Shown: positions 12,666-26,298, numbered from the stretch's first letter. The stretch is DNA of 64,000 bases from Bigelowiella natans CCMP2755 (GCA_000320545.1 ADNK01002959.1:106593-170592), one strand, 5' to 3'. Program-made: numbers and translations. The notes: generated by a model not told the origin, from the letters alone.

Positions 12666-14590
12666 ATGGGAAGAGATGGATTAAGTGATGTAAACAAGGA
12701 AGCGAAGGAAGCATCGAAGGCAACGATGTTGAAGCACGTAGAGGCCAAAGCTACTTCGAAAAACCCTCCAAAAATGACTAGGACGGCAACGCTTCCTGCT
12801 TCAAGTTCATCTTACCAAGATGACAGTAATAAAAGCAGCAACAACAGCCAGCAGCAGCAACAACAGCAGCAACAGCATAACAAGCGACTGAGACCCTTCT
12901 CTAGGCCATCTAATCGAAACACACGGCTCAGGCCATCTTTATCGTTTCCTTCTTCGCGTAAAACTAGAAGAATAACGCCAAGAGGAAAGAAAGGGAGAAA
13001 TCAAGATTTGGTATCTGCAGAAGACCTGGGGAAGGCAGACGGAAATAGAAGTGGGGACAACGATGACGACGATGAGAGCGAGATGATCCGTCAATTCGAG
13101 AGAAATATTGTTGCAAAGGTGCTAGTTGTGACATTCTTTTTTGTGTCAGTTCAACATAATTGATTTCAAATCTCATTTACTCTACTATTACAGGAATCAA
13201 GCTGAAATTGTCCTTCATTTTTCTTCTCTCTTCTGATTTATTATCTATTTTACTACTACTTCCTTTTAGGAGGCTAAATCTTCCACCAGTGCAGATTATA
13301 TCAGTAGTTCCGCCTACTCAAGCGAACCTACTAATCCCACTGCTACTGCTAGTGATAATACTAGTGGTTTCAATCACGACGACAAGGTCGTCGGTCCCAA
13401 TGATCAAGAGGGCAGCAACAAAGCGGACTACGGCGAGAGAAAAGAGCAGGTAGTGGTGAAAGTAGTAGTAGTACAAGGGAATCATGGTAATGTTTTTCGT
13501 CATTCTCTGACGTAATATAATAATTATGTTAGATAGAAGGGGATACGTTCGATGGTAACCAGCGGAACAAGATACAACCAGAAGTCAATTGTGTCTTTGC
13601 TTTTTTACATCTGGTAGATAATCTCCCAATGTAGTAGTAGTAGTAGTAGTAGTAGTAGCTAAAAAGGATTGCAGCACTGATAGAATTGAAATGGTGCTCA
13701 CACAAGCACATCTGTCTTTTCGCATTTTTTATTTCAATAAGGGGCAATACTAATACTAAGTATCACTTACACAATGACGCGCTCTTTTATCTTCTATTTC
13801 TCAAAATTGTGATTTAGTAGAGCCATCATCATTTCAGGCTGACCATACATACATACATACATACATACATAATACAACGAACCTCCCTTACAACTATTAC
13901 TACTCCTACTCCTCCTCCTCCTCCTCCTCCTACTACTACTACTACTACTACTACTACAGCGTACAAAGCTGGACTTAGTCCGCATTGTTACTCATGTGAG
14001 AGGCGCTGAGTACAACCCAAAGGTGAGTGGTGTGTTTGGGATCTGATGATCACGAATAATATTATCTTCTTCGTGTTAGAATACTATCTACAAAACATTG
14101 TAAAGTTTTTCTCCATGTGATGAATTACTACAAGCAAATATAATCCAAATTAAAACACAACATTGGTAAGCATCTTGATCACCTGTGTCACTCCTAACAT
14201 GACACTTTAATTATTTCATTACTTTATTATTATTCTATTTGATTGCAACTTCAACTAAGTTAGTAATCATGAACTACAAATATGAAACCATGTTGATCAC
14301 TTTTATTTAACAATAGAGATTTCGTGCCGTCGTAATTCGCCTCCTTAAACCAAAAGCCACTGGCATGATGTAAAAACTAACCAATACTAATTTGTATATC
14401 ATAAGTGATAAGGAGGCCATTTTCTCTCGCCGTTTTTTGAATCATTGTAGCCCGAACTACTTCAAACACATCCAAGCACAAATGGCGCATACAGACACAC
14501 ACACACACACACACACATAATCTGTCGCAATTCCGATAGATATGCCTCTGGAAAGTTGGTGTGCATGGGCGCAAAGAATGAAAAGTAATA

Positions 14591-14626
<36 letters not shown>

Positions 14627-15601
14627 ATATATCTATTTTTCATGAGCCACTTGTTTGGAACTCATGCTTTCTCTGCCTTTTCAGAGCTGCTCATTTCGCG
14701 TGCAAAAAGTTCGTAAGAATACTGCAGAAGGTATTAGCAGGATCATTATTTTTATCATTCAATTTATCGAGGTCGTACCTTCAAAATATATCATCATACA
14801 GTGACTATCATCCGTTTTAGCGATTTTGCTGTATCCAGAGGGCAGACAGAGAGGAACTCTGAATGTAGAGAATAATATATCAATTTCACAGGGATATATT
14901 ATGCTGTTTTTAGGTTGGATATCCCCAAGTAAGATTCGCTCCTTCCCATGAAGAACCATTGATACGGAGCATAATGGCCAAATGCAAGGTTCGTAATAAA
15001 TTAGGTGTTGATACTGTTTAGTGTTCCTTTTCTTGCTCATGATGATGATGGTGATGATGATGATGATGAAGATGATAGTGCTTCTATAACTTTCGTCATT
15101 CACGGGTAATTCGATTACACGTAATAAAATGGTTTTCTTAGGTTGATTTTCCAGTTCGTCTAGAGGACTTAGCTACCACGCACAATGTGAGCATTGCAGT
15201 ATTTCCTACTAATAAAGACTCAACTTTAGACGTTCGTAACGATCTATTTGATCAGGAATTTGTCAGTTTCGAGCCAGAAATATTCCCTGGTCTGATATAT
15301 CGAATGACTGTTCCCAGGTAAGAAGTCGTCATGATGGAGAAGATAGCGGCGTTTTTAATTAAGTTTCGTTGTTTTAGGGTCACAATTTTCGTATTTGTAA
15401 CCGGAACCGTGCTATTAGTCGGAGCCAAAACTCGATCTGAGGTGTCGAAAGTTACGTCCTCGCATGATGTTGATGGCGTACAATCAATATTTAGTGCGTC
15501 AAGTAAATCTTCTTTTTTGTGTTCAGATTCATCGTGCTTTCGACCTACTTTACCCAGTTCTGCTTCAATTTAGGAAAGTTGTTGACGCTGAATTACAATA
15601 G
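12666..15601 (+). CDS. TBP: Divergent TATA-binding-protein-like factor with long low-complexity poly-Q N-terminus; many short exons
   Basis: Spliced core: IQPEVNCVFAF / KLDLVRIVTHVRGAEYNPK / RFRAVVIRLLKPKATGM / IYASGKLVCMGAK / AAHFACKKFVRILQK / VDFPVRLEDL / FEPEIFPGLIYRM / VFVTGTVLLVGAK / AFDLLYPVLLQFRK, stop at 15601. Confidence 0.88.
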
Positions 15602-16449
15602 ATCGAATGTACAAACGACATGAGATTTATCTTAATTTAATGCTGCAGCGAGTGATTCGCAGGATAGCGTAGTCAATGTGGTATTTTCTAATAAACAGCT
15701 GGCTCAGTACATCACACCAAAATTATGAGCATGTTCAGCACTATTGCACAACCTATACCAGTATAAGTATATCTTGCTTTGTCGCTAAGAATTTTTGGAG
15801 TTGTTATAACTACACGATCGAAGCTATGCGCTTCCCGAAGTCCTCCACGCTAGGATGCATCGCATGTATAGTAACCAAGCTACATACGCATAGCTATGTA
15901 CGCATATGGCATGCGCCTTGTATATGAGCTAGATGAGCTTTGATGCATGACGTGCAAGATGAAAACGCGTAAAGCTCTAGACTAGTAAAGCTGTGAAGAG
16001 CTTAGAATTCAATGTCTTAAGCAAGCACCCGGTATCATTAGCTAGTTAGTGCATGCCGGCGCAGCCGTCCGTAGCCATGGCGTTGCGAGGTCGGAGCAAG
16101 CTAGTTAGCTATAGAGAGTGGTGCGTCGCAACAACTAGACAATGATGATCTAGACAACTGAGAGCCATGCCGCCTCTCGCTATAGGGACATATATGTCCA
16201 TATACGTGTAGCCGTCTACGACATGTGTACATCACGTACTTCACATGTACCTATAGCTACACATGTGCCAGATGATAGCGCTCACATGTACAGGTACATG
16301 TGTAGTGGCTTGTTTGGTGCATGTGTGGATATGAACAGAGCATGTGTGTGTGCTTTTTAGTACATGTGGTGTGCATGGGTACATGTGTTCCTTACGCGTA
16401 CACGTATAGGGACATATATGTCCATATATCGCCCATGCCCGTCGCATAG

Positions 16450-16696
16450 AATGCGGCGAACTTGCTGCTTAATTGCCAAAAGGCTTGCTAGCTTGGAGCA
16501 ATTGAAATAGATCATGCAAAATGCATACCATGCGGCTCTGCTAGGTTCTGTGCCCATGTCCGAGCATTGCACAATAGGCACACTGTATATACTGTGAAAC
16601 AAACCAGTACAATTTAAGCGCTGTAGCCGCAGCTTTGCACAGCTACATTAGGATGACAATTGAACAAATTTAACTTATTCGTTACATCCGTCTCAT
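16450..16696 (+). mobile_element. LINE 3' fragment, less mutated copy (5' boundary approximate)
   Basis: 16596-16696 translates ETNQYNLSAVAAALHSYIRMTIEQI*, versus ETNRCNIGAAAAALHSHIGMTIEKI* in the 8.5-10.1 kb LINE. Same catccgtctca terminus. Confidence 0.85.
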
Positions 16697-16779
16697 ATAC
16701 TGTGCCTATAGTCTGCTAATTGCTTGAAAGGAAAGAAGGCGCAATCAATTTAACGATGTTGCACATGTGCAGGAAAACT

Positions 16780-19700
16780 CTAAAGGTAATCTTCATCCTC
16801 AGACGCGAACAGGTTGTCATCAACTTGCAAAATATTAGAATCTTCTTCCCTTGCTGGGGAAATTTCTGCGTCAGTGGAAGTGACGCTATTGTGGCGAGGT
16901 GACAAAGTCATACTGGATTCTGTGACATCTGGGGCACTTTTTCGCCAAAATATGAACGAAACTAAATCGTCAGAAATTGATTGCATCATTATGTCCTATT
17001 AAAACAACAATTTCAATTTCTGCATTGCGGGTGGAGAGTTCTTATACCTCTTCTGATTTTTTCCCCTGCAAAAATTCCCAATCATTCTTGAGATCCATTT
17101 GACGTTTTTTCCTTGCACTTTGTATGAAGTCGTAAGTCTCGCATTTAGTGTTAATGTTCCTGAAATAATACCTTTAGTGAGGATAAGTCGAAACAGAGTA
17201 AAGAGAGAACTACTCACAATGAGAATAGCTTTTTAATGTCGTCTGTCTTAAAGTTGCGCATCACGTCCTTTTCTTCGTCTACAACGGAGGACGAGATCTG
17301 GCGAAAACATGCTAAGTTTTGATTCCTGGTTTAGTATTGTTCCATAGACGATGATGACCTCTTGCTTCGATATCTGCCGTTGAAATATCTTCTCGTCTAT
17401 GGTACCCACAGCTAGTAGTCTATAGATCCAGGTTGTTTTCTTTTGACCATCACGCCAGACTCGTGCCATAGCTTGAAGATCGGTTGCTGGATTCCTATAA
17501 TAAAAACCTCATTTACTTCAACAGTCGTATTAGTGTGGTAGTTATCAGATTGAGGAACCAATCAGGGTCGAATAGTATTAGCCTGCTAGCTCCGATCAGG
17601 TTCAATCCCACGCCACCAGCTTTCGCGGACAAGAGGAAGATGCGCTTGTCGCAATATTGAGAATTGAACTACAAATGATGTTCATCTAAGTTGACAGAAA
17701 TTCGTTTTGCAGAAGGTTTACCTGGTCTACTAAGTCCATGCGAATCGAGCTTTTGGTCTGTCCATCAAGCCTGATTCTTCCATACCCTCTCGAAAAACAG
17801 AGGCGTTCGATGAGCTCGAGGGTTTCTTTGTAATTGCTCACAATAACAACTTTGTCCTTAGATCTTTTCATAATCTAATATGAAAACAAATTAACGAAAT
17901 TTTTCTAGCATGAAAATTCTATTTATCACCTGTAGTAACAACTCGTCGAGGAAAAGAACCTAATATATCGTGAGGAAGGAACCATGACTCTACGATGATT
18001 CAAGTAAATTATAGCTTAGAGTGTAACCTTCCCAGAAAGTTTTTTATCAACTTCGTCAGAGAGATCTGTCGGATATCTTTTGAAAGCATGTCTAATATGC
18101 GGGTCGCAGTTCTCCTTCTCAGAGCGAGCTTTGCAAAACTGGTAGATAAGCTGGGGATGGTTGCAGATTTTCTTCTGGTGATATATTTGTATCATTTTCT
18201 AAAACAACTAGATAGTGCTGAATAAGCCGACCATGATTGTTATGCACTGCAGAGCAGAAGCAGATTTCCCTCCACGATTGAAAACATTGGAACGTAAGAA
18301 TGCATTGTATATATCTGACAATACAAAAGATAAATCATACAGAATAAAGCGAGCAATTTAGAGATACCGATTTGGAGCTCTGTCATGGGAATGAACACTA
18401 CTTGCTCTATCTTAGGTGGAAGAAATTTCTGAAGAATATCCGCGGTGCGCCGAAGCTTCAAAGATAAATATATTAATGAATAATTAATCAAAAAAGTTAG
18501 TTTGAAAGTATCGAGTGACCACAAATTTCGCCGTAATTTTTGTGAGAGCTATTGATCTTGCCTCGCCAGTTTTCTTATCTTCTTCGGAGCAAGTTGCATC
18601 TCTTGATCGGGATATTGGAATATGATACGAGTTCTGCACGCAATGACGTATACATACATACTGTTAGAGCAATATATCCCAATAATTCAATCGTGATGTT
18701 ACCCGGAATGTAGCTGGTGGTCCCAAAGACATGGGGTTGACAAAATCGCACATAGAGTAGAATTCCTGAATGACAAAGTTGAGATGAAGAAGCTCACTTT
18801 GAATAATTAAATTACCATGAGGTTATTTTGGACTGGAGTTCCAGAAAGGATCACCTAATCACAGCAGGAAAAATATAATTTCCTGCATTTCTACCAGATA
18901 TGAAGCGAACCTTCATTGCACATTGCAGAGATGCAAGTGATTGTATAGTCTTGTTGCCCTTGCTATTTTTAAGACGATGCCCTTCGTCACAAATTAGAAC
19001 AGTCTTCTTGCCGCATAGTTTGGTGGTAATTTGATTTGCGTGGCGTCTGCAAGATTAATATTAGATGGTTTATTTTCACTTGAATTTTCGTGTTTGGGGG
19101 ACCGGATCATGTCATATCCGACTATGAGCACGTGTTTCGTAGGGGCCGAAACAAAATCCTGTAGAAGTTGAACATGATTTTCTCCACTCCCGATAACTAC
19201 GGGCGAGAGTTTTGTGGTTCCAATCCATTTCTGTAAACATCAATAATATTATCCCACGTTGTTTGTATCCACAAGATTTTCGTTTGACTAGCCTTAAATT
19301 CATCTTTCCAATTTCCCACTAAGGTTGCCTAATTAAATGGACAGTGTCATACAAAGCCAAGAATTGCCTCTGCTACTTTACCGGACATATAATGATTGCT
19401 TTTTTACAACACGGTGTCCCTTTCGGTCCAGATTTTAACAAAGTCCAGACTAAGCAAATCGCCTAAATGATACCACACTATTATTTTAAATAGAACAATC
19501 AAAGCCAAAAGGCGGACCTGAAGAGTTTTCCCTAAACCCATGGAATCGGCTAGTATGCACCCATGTCCATTCGTTGCGCCTCCAACGAGCGCGTTATACA
19601 TAAATTGGACACCTTCTTTCTGATGAGGTCGAAGGTATCGAGCGAGAGATGGATCGACAACGACAGGAACCTCGCCATCATAGCACCCATCTTCATTTTC

Positions 19701-20662
19701 AAGATATTTTCCTCTATTCAGGATAAAGGCTCCTGGTTCCTATTTAAGCAAAGGTCAGAGAAAAGTTGGTTCAATTCATACCATCAATTTCAACCTTCGG
19801 ATTGTAAGTACTGCATCGAGTTCTACGCTTTCGCTTTGCTCTGCTTCCACAGTTACTGAGATCAAGTGTCCGTGCTTGCTTTGATGCAATCTCCCTCTTT
19901 TTTTTCAACTTCATCGGCCGCCTTGTCAACTTGCAAGGTGCTGCTGTCTCTTCTGCATCAGTCGCGTCAATAAATACTCTCCCAGACAGGAATTCATCCT
20001 CCGATATTGTATTCATGATTTCAATTTCCCAGTTGCCTATACAAACAGATTTATTACTATATCTACTAGTATACACGTAATTAGCGTACCACAGGGAAAC
20101 TGGGATCCAATCGACAACGCATTTAGTCCAGATGCCACACGTTTTGTGATGCATTTATTTGTCTCAGATCTCATTTCTACTGTGTTATTTTTCAGCACTA
20201 AAAAACCGTCTTCCCATGTTTTGTGTTTTTTCCGGGACCTGCGGCCAAAACCAATTTCAATTTAGGTCAAGTTGATGGGGGGATTCGAGAAAACCTTTTC
20301 GCATAAACAATTTTGAAGTAAGATTTCTTAGGCGTTTCGAGGTTCCGAGAAACTGTTTTCTTTGTTATCACATGAGGTCTTTTGAATTTTCGTTTTTTCG
20401 GCTTCACTGGTCGCGATTCTTCATTTAGGATTTGTAAATTTGTATTCTCCCTATCGCTGACTGCTACCGATTCGTTCAATTTCCTTGCATCTTGGTGAAG
20501 CGGAACCTGAGTACTGTGGGAATTCTTTACATTCGCTATCGAGGATGTCGCAACTTCTTCTTCAAGATGTTTCGGACGACGATGATAATCTTTAGGCCTG
20601 ACACTAAGAAGATGCTTGCGCTTTCCTTTTTGCCGAAGGGCTAGGAGCTTTGAGCGTCTCAT
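16780..20662 (-). CDS. RAD54B: RAD54/RAD54B-like SNF2 helicase with many short introns
   Basis: [112 protein letters not shown]-terminal KKHKTWEDG resembles RAD54B, so the paralog call is less certain than the family. Confidence 0.9.
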
Positions 20663-20965
20663 TGTAAATGATCAGAGAGCTTCTTCGATTCTGGACTACG
20701 GAAGAAGCGAAACCAAAAAAATACCTGTTCCCGCGAAAAAATGGAGCATGCGGGATATAGATATATTTGACGCAGATGCGAAATAGCCTTTATTTTAGTT
20801 CTGCATAGTATTAACGCACTCTTAAATCTGATGTACGAGTACTCGTAGATCTATGCTTATTACTGTTTTAGGAGTTGTCGTAAGGTAGTTTTGGTCTTAA
20901 TAAATCTTCTATGTTGATACTACTGTTACTTTTTTTACGAATCTAGATAAATAATATCAGCAACG

Positions 20966-22261
20966 ATGGATTGCTCCGGAATGGCACGATGGGCCTCACT
21001 TGGCCTGACTATTATCACGCTCATCTTCCTTTTTCCAGCCTTTGCAGGTCTGAAAGTAGTAGTAGTAGTAGTAGTAGCAGTAGTAGTTGTAGCACCTACC
21101 AGCACTACTATACTACTACTACTACTACTATATTACTTGTTTTGATATGAATGAAGGTGTGAATGGGGATGTCGCTTACACGGCTTCAAATCTCGAGACC
21201 AATGGCTGCACCATTTTTCGTAATTATGGCTTGCTCTCGTACAAGGTTTAGTAGTGGTGGTGGTGGTGGTGGTGATGGTGAGAGATGTCTATGTGCAATC
21301 TATTACTGCTCTTATGATTTCGCTTTATTCACCGATAGCCTGAATGAAATGTGGTTTTCCCCCCTCGTGTTAGCAATGGGATTCCTGTCAGAAGGGGACG
21401 TACACGATTACTGATTATGACTCCGATGTGTAAGTGAATAAGTGAACAGCACAATCAACTTAAAGAAGGTGAGATAATGATGATGATGATGATGATGATG
21501 ATACTCGTTATTCAGCTGTAACAATGGTAATGGGAAGCTGTGCGGCAAGTGCAATGGTGCTGGGAAAGGCGTCCTTTCGTAAGATGATGATGATATTTCG
21601 TCTCACTTTCCGTTTTACCCATCAGAGGAAATACAACTTTGTTGGAAATTTCATTTGGTGTACTGTTCTGGTGTTGCGAGTGCAGATGTGTTCTATGTAG
21701 ATCGAGTTTGAGTAACATTGCTGCTTTTTTCCAGATTGTCATAATTTCTTTTGATTTATTGGTATTTCTTGCTTTTCAAGCTATTTAGTTTCATTGTTTC
21801 CTTTTGTGGTAGTTTCCTGGTGTTTGCTCTCTTTGGTGTCGTTGCTGCCTTTGGAATCATGGTAGCCTCCTCTAATTCACCTGGCCTGAAGTGTAGCGAT
21901 AGTATGTCTTCAAGCCGTTCTGAATAACCTTCCTCCTGATTTAAAGCAACAACATCATCCCTGATTCATGACCATCTACATCTCCCTTATTAATATGTTA
22001 TCTCTACTGCCACGATGTTGTTCTTCATAGTGTCCATCGTCTTAACAGTAGATGTCGTAGGAAACATGATGATGTGTCACATATTGCACTTGCATAAAGT
22101 CAAAGTAGGAAATATGATGATGCCTACGTAATTGTATCAGTAACAAATTCCCTTTTCGACTCACAGATAATGAATCAACAACGTAGGTTGGAAAATTGTA
22201 TGGGGCTAATCTCTCTCCATTCATCCCAGCTGGGGTACTAGTAGTAGGAGTTGTAGTAGTG

Positions 22262-22300
<39 letters not shown>

Positions 22301-22945
22301 ATAGTTCTGTAAATGATACGGTAGAAGATGAAGGAGCAAAAGCGCCTACTTGGCGTATATGCACATCCGCAACATTCCTTTTTTCTCCATCATATACATA
22401 TATCTTACTATCCTCTATATTATTCCTCTTTCTGTTTCTGCCCAAGCTTCTTTCTCTGTTACTTTTGATTTTATTTGAAGATATTAAGCAAGATCTTTCG
22501 AAGAGAAAGACAATATTCACGTTCTGTTTAAATAATATTGTTTTACTTCTCATGTAAACGCAGCTGCTCTTCGGAGTGAGCTTCTGCATGTTCATAATGT
22601 GGACCGTATGGGCAGGAGGCTGCGACCACTTCGTCAAGGTTGCAATTGTGAAAACATTGTAGTCGTAATCGTTGTCTTTGGTTTTCGCTGGTGACTAAGA
22701 GATTGTTGATAATGTTGTTGCATGTGTATACTTTCTACATTGTATCGATGGATTATACCTTCAAGTAGAGATTACATCTTCTCTTTAAATCATACAAAAT
22801 TATTTATCTCAGGATAAATATCATGGACATTTCATCATCGATCTAGGACCAGGTAGATATGCATATATTTTTGTGCTGCTTCTAAGCATAGGTGGTACCA
22901 GTGTGATACACATACTATTCTCCAAAATCTGTTATGTTAATATGT

Positions 22946-23010
<65 letters not shown>

Positions 23011-23304
23011 TGTGTGTGTATGCAATGCAGCGTGGGCGTTGGCTTTCCTGGCGTTCATCTTCACCCTCACATCTGGGATTATCGAGTTCATGGTTGGCTT
23101 CGGAGTTCTCAGCGATGGTCGCACTATAAATAAAAAGACGAGTAAATGAAATGAGAACATGGCACTCTGTTGTTTAAGATTGTTCAAGATGGACTTGATT
23201 CTAAATTTTCCTATCCATGCATATCAATAGTTAAACAATCTATTACTGTTTTAGGCCGAGGAATGAACTATCAAGCTGCTGAAGACAACCAGCCAAATGC
23301 CTAG
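20966..23304 (+). CDS. Claudin/amastin-like small multi-pass membrane protein, multi-exon
   Basis: MDCSGMARWASLGLTIITLIFLFPAFA (TM); loop with NYGLLSY, QWDSC and LCGKC; further TM exons LLFGVSFCMFIMWTVWAGGC and AWALAFLAFIFTLTSGII; last exon MNYQAAEDNQPNA*. Confidence 0.6.
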
Positions 23305-23832
23305 TCATATGCACAAAATGCATTTCAATCATTGGAGAGATGTGATAGACGTCGACCTCATGACTATTGCCAGGCGTGCATCTAGATACATGCTGTCCCC
23401 TGCCTTGGTCAACCGGATCTTGATGTTTCTAATTTTTTTAGTTTCTATTGATAAACTCTGGATTTGAATCGGTGCATTTTGCCTCAAAACATCAGGAAAT
23501 TTGTTTGTTCTTGAGAAACAAAATGCTGACCCACCTTGCTAACTGTCATCGCACATCATTGCACTCATGGCACAAGATGATTCGCGCCCATGCAGTCACA
23601 TGTTACCACTTTGTGTGATGTTGTGCGTGTCGGTGAGTTCGACGTTGTTCATCAACCGGCGTGCATGATGCACTGAGCCACATGCATGGCAGCATCAGGA
23701 TCCTGTTGCGCATGCATCATGGCCCACGTTGCATTGGCCACGACGCTGGCTAGGCGGGGCGCCTTGCAGTGACGCAATGTGCACAGCGTGGCCCGCCACC
23801 ATCTGCACTGCGATGCAACACCCCCCCAGCTA

Positions 23833-25910
23833 GCCAGCACCGCTGGACCGTCGCAGCCCGTCCAGTCGTTGTTGGTCTCGGAAAAATCGAAAAAACTGTG
23901 ATTTCAGCTTCGGAAAGAAATTCTCGAGACGTGCACGTGCAAAGCTCGAATTTTTGCCCATTGAGCATTGGAATTGGTCTTCCGGATCTCAGACCCATCG
24001 AGGCCAAACCCGGTCACAAATGGGTTTCGCATGTTTGCAGAGCGCTTCAAGGGCATTTTTTGCGTGCAATCCGTCCGCAACCGTCAAAAAACACTTTCTG
24101 AATCGGCGCAATGTCGAAAAAATTCAAAAATTCAAAACCTCAGCTCAAAAACCTCGATTTTTGACCCCTCACTGCACATGGCGCTGCGATGCATGGCGCC
24201 ACGATGCAGCTGCGTCCGCTCAAGTGCGACAAGACACACAAGGCGTGCCAACGGAGCTGCACGTGCGAGCACGCGTGTCGGACGCGCCAGCACGACACTC
24301 CACGTGGGACGACACGGCACAATGAAAAAATCTCCGCGCAGAAGTTTCTCAGAAAGTTCGCACGTGGCGACATGACAAAAGTGAAAAGCTGACAGCTTTT
24401 CACTCAAGTCGCAATTGCAACAATTCAGACACATCTCGACAGAACTCAAAAGTCCAAGTGACACATTGAGATCAGAACTCAACTGCACAAGCAAGTGACC
24501 AAGCACACTCAGAACTCAAACGACCAAGTGACATCAGAACTCAAACGTTCAAGTGACAAAGTGACTCAAGAACCAAGCAACAATGCAACTCGACGACTCG
24601 TGCGACTTCAGTTCTCAACACGAGACCACATTGCACCACGCCCAACGCTGCAACAATCGACAGCTGCACCCGATGCAGAACGAATCGGTTGCATGCGAGG
24701 GCGCACGTTGCTGCAACAATCGACAGCTGCACGTGATGCAGAACGAATCGGTTGCATGCAACAGTCCGTGTGCGTCTCAACTTCAACCCTGCGACACGCG
24801 TGCTTCTGCACACGTGCGCAACACCTCAGGTCCACCACCGCGGCACGCTGACCGATCAGCGTCACCCATTCCGAATCACGCAGCTTGCCTTGACGAAGAG
24901 TTCAAGGACAACAGCCCGGCTGCGGCCGTTCTGCACGCGAATGGTTTCAATGCCGCGTCGCATCATCGCACCGCGCCTGCTGCCATGCAGGCTGAGCAAG
25001 TTCAGACAATCAACAAGGACGTTGACAGCGTGCTGACTCCCACGCAAGCGATGAGTGCACAAACCGAAGGCGCGATGTCACGACGTGCATTGCGGAGAAA
25101 GTTCTCATGATTTTGGTCAGAGGTGCAGCCGACGCGCGTGTGCAATGCGAGCAAGTGAGGACGTGTCCGTTTGCAATGGCACAATGGAACTGGCTTCGTG
25201 GACAGCCGGAAGCGCAATGCTCTGTGTGTCAAAGTTGATCGAGATGTGACGGTTGAAACTTTGAAATTGGGGCATCACTGCCACGTTCAGACGTGCACGC
25301 ACAGCCACGACAGGACACACACGACGTGTCGTGAGTGCAGAGGGGTTTTGACGCATTGGAGACACTGCGCAGCTGGTTTTCGGTCAAAGAGATTGGTCGT
25401 GTGCAAACGCGCGCGCAGAACTTTGGTTCAAAACGCCGAGGCGTGGCGCGCACAAGCGGCGCGTGGTGCGGGGCAGCGCGATCGAGCAGAAGTCGCACCT
25501 CGCGGGGGGGGGGGGGGAATGCGAATGAAAAACATTCAACTGTGCCAAAAGTTTCCACAGGACCCCTGCTTGACATCTGAATCGAGTTTGCGCGAAAAAA
25601 ATGCGTCATTTTTTTTTTTTTCAATTTTCGCAAAGTTGTGACCGGTTTGGCCTGGATGTGGACTGCATTGTCTTGTGCACAAACTTCTTTTCAATTTTTG
25701 GGGTCTTGAAATTTGCTGTGGTTTCACTGTGCACGAGACACCCGCATCTGTGTTCGGACATTGGGAACACGGGGAGCCAGGCAGGCTGGCAGGGTTCCAT
25801 CCGAAAGATCGATTCCAAATGACGGGCAAAATTTCGAACTTTGGTGAGTCTCAAGGCTTTCCACCTAGCTAGCTTTGGTCATTTGAAAATCGAGATTTTT
25901 CGAGTTTTTG
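23833..25910. mobile_element. TpA-free repeat element with long imperfect inverted ends; probably a non-autonomous DNA transposon
   Basis: Left caaagctcgaatttttgccc..ggaattggtcttccggat..aggccaaacccggtcacaa matches reverse complements at ~25637-25840. Interior recurs at ~50 kb. No recognisable transposase. Confidence 0.65.
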
Positions 25911-26298
25911 GGTGCCCACGTTGATTTTTGTGCAGTTTGTCAAAAATGAAAACATGCAGGGCATCGCAGTGCTGTGTGCACATCAGCACGCACATCTGAG
26001 CTTTCGAACTGACATGCGCGAGCGTGCAGACTGCTGTTGCCGGAGGTCAACACGTCACCACCACCGCGTGCAGGCAGCAAAGTTTTCACAACCGCGCCAC
26101 GCGATCTAAACAATGATATTTATGGAAGCATGTCATCGCTAAATCTTCACAACGTAATCACTTTCATAATTTGTTTTAAAATCATTTAACACACAAATAA
26201 AAACTACATCCGACTCATATCTCGGTACACCTGTCCCAAGAAACTGTACTGAGCATTTTTGTAAACTATACAACTACGTTTTGAGCATATGTACACAG

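Noticed and set aside
23652-26109. Dense overlapping six-frame ORFs (also 8.4-10.1, 49.8-51.0 and 59.5-60.6 kb)
   Set aside because: By-product of losing TAA/TAG stops. They are Tyr-less and Cys/His-rich, with no motifs apart from the LINE frames.
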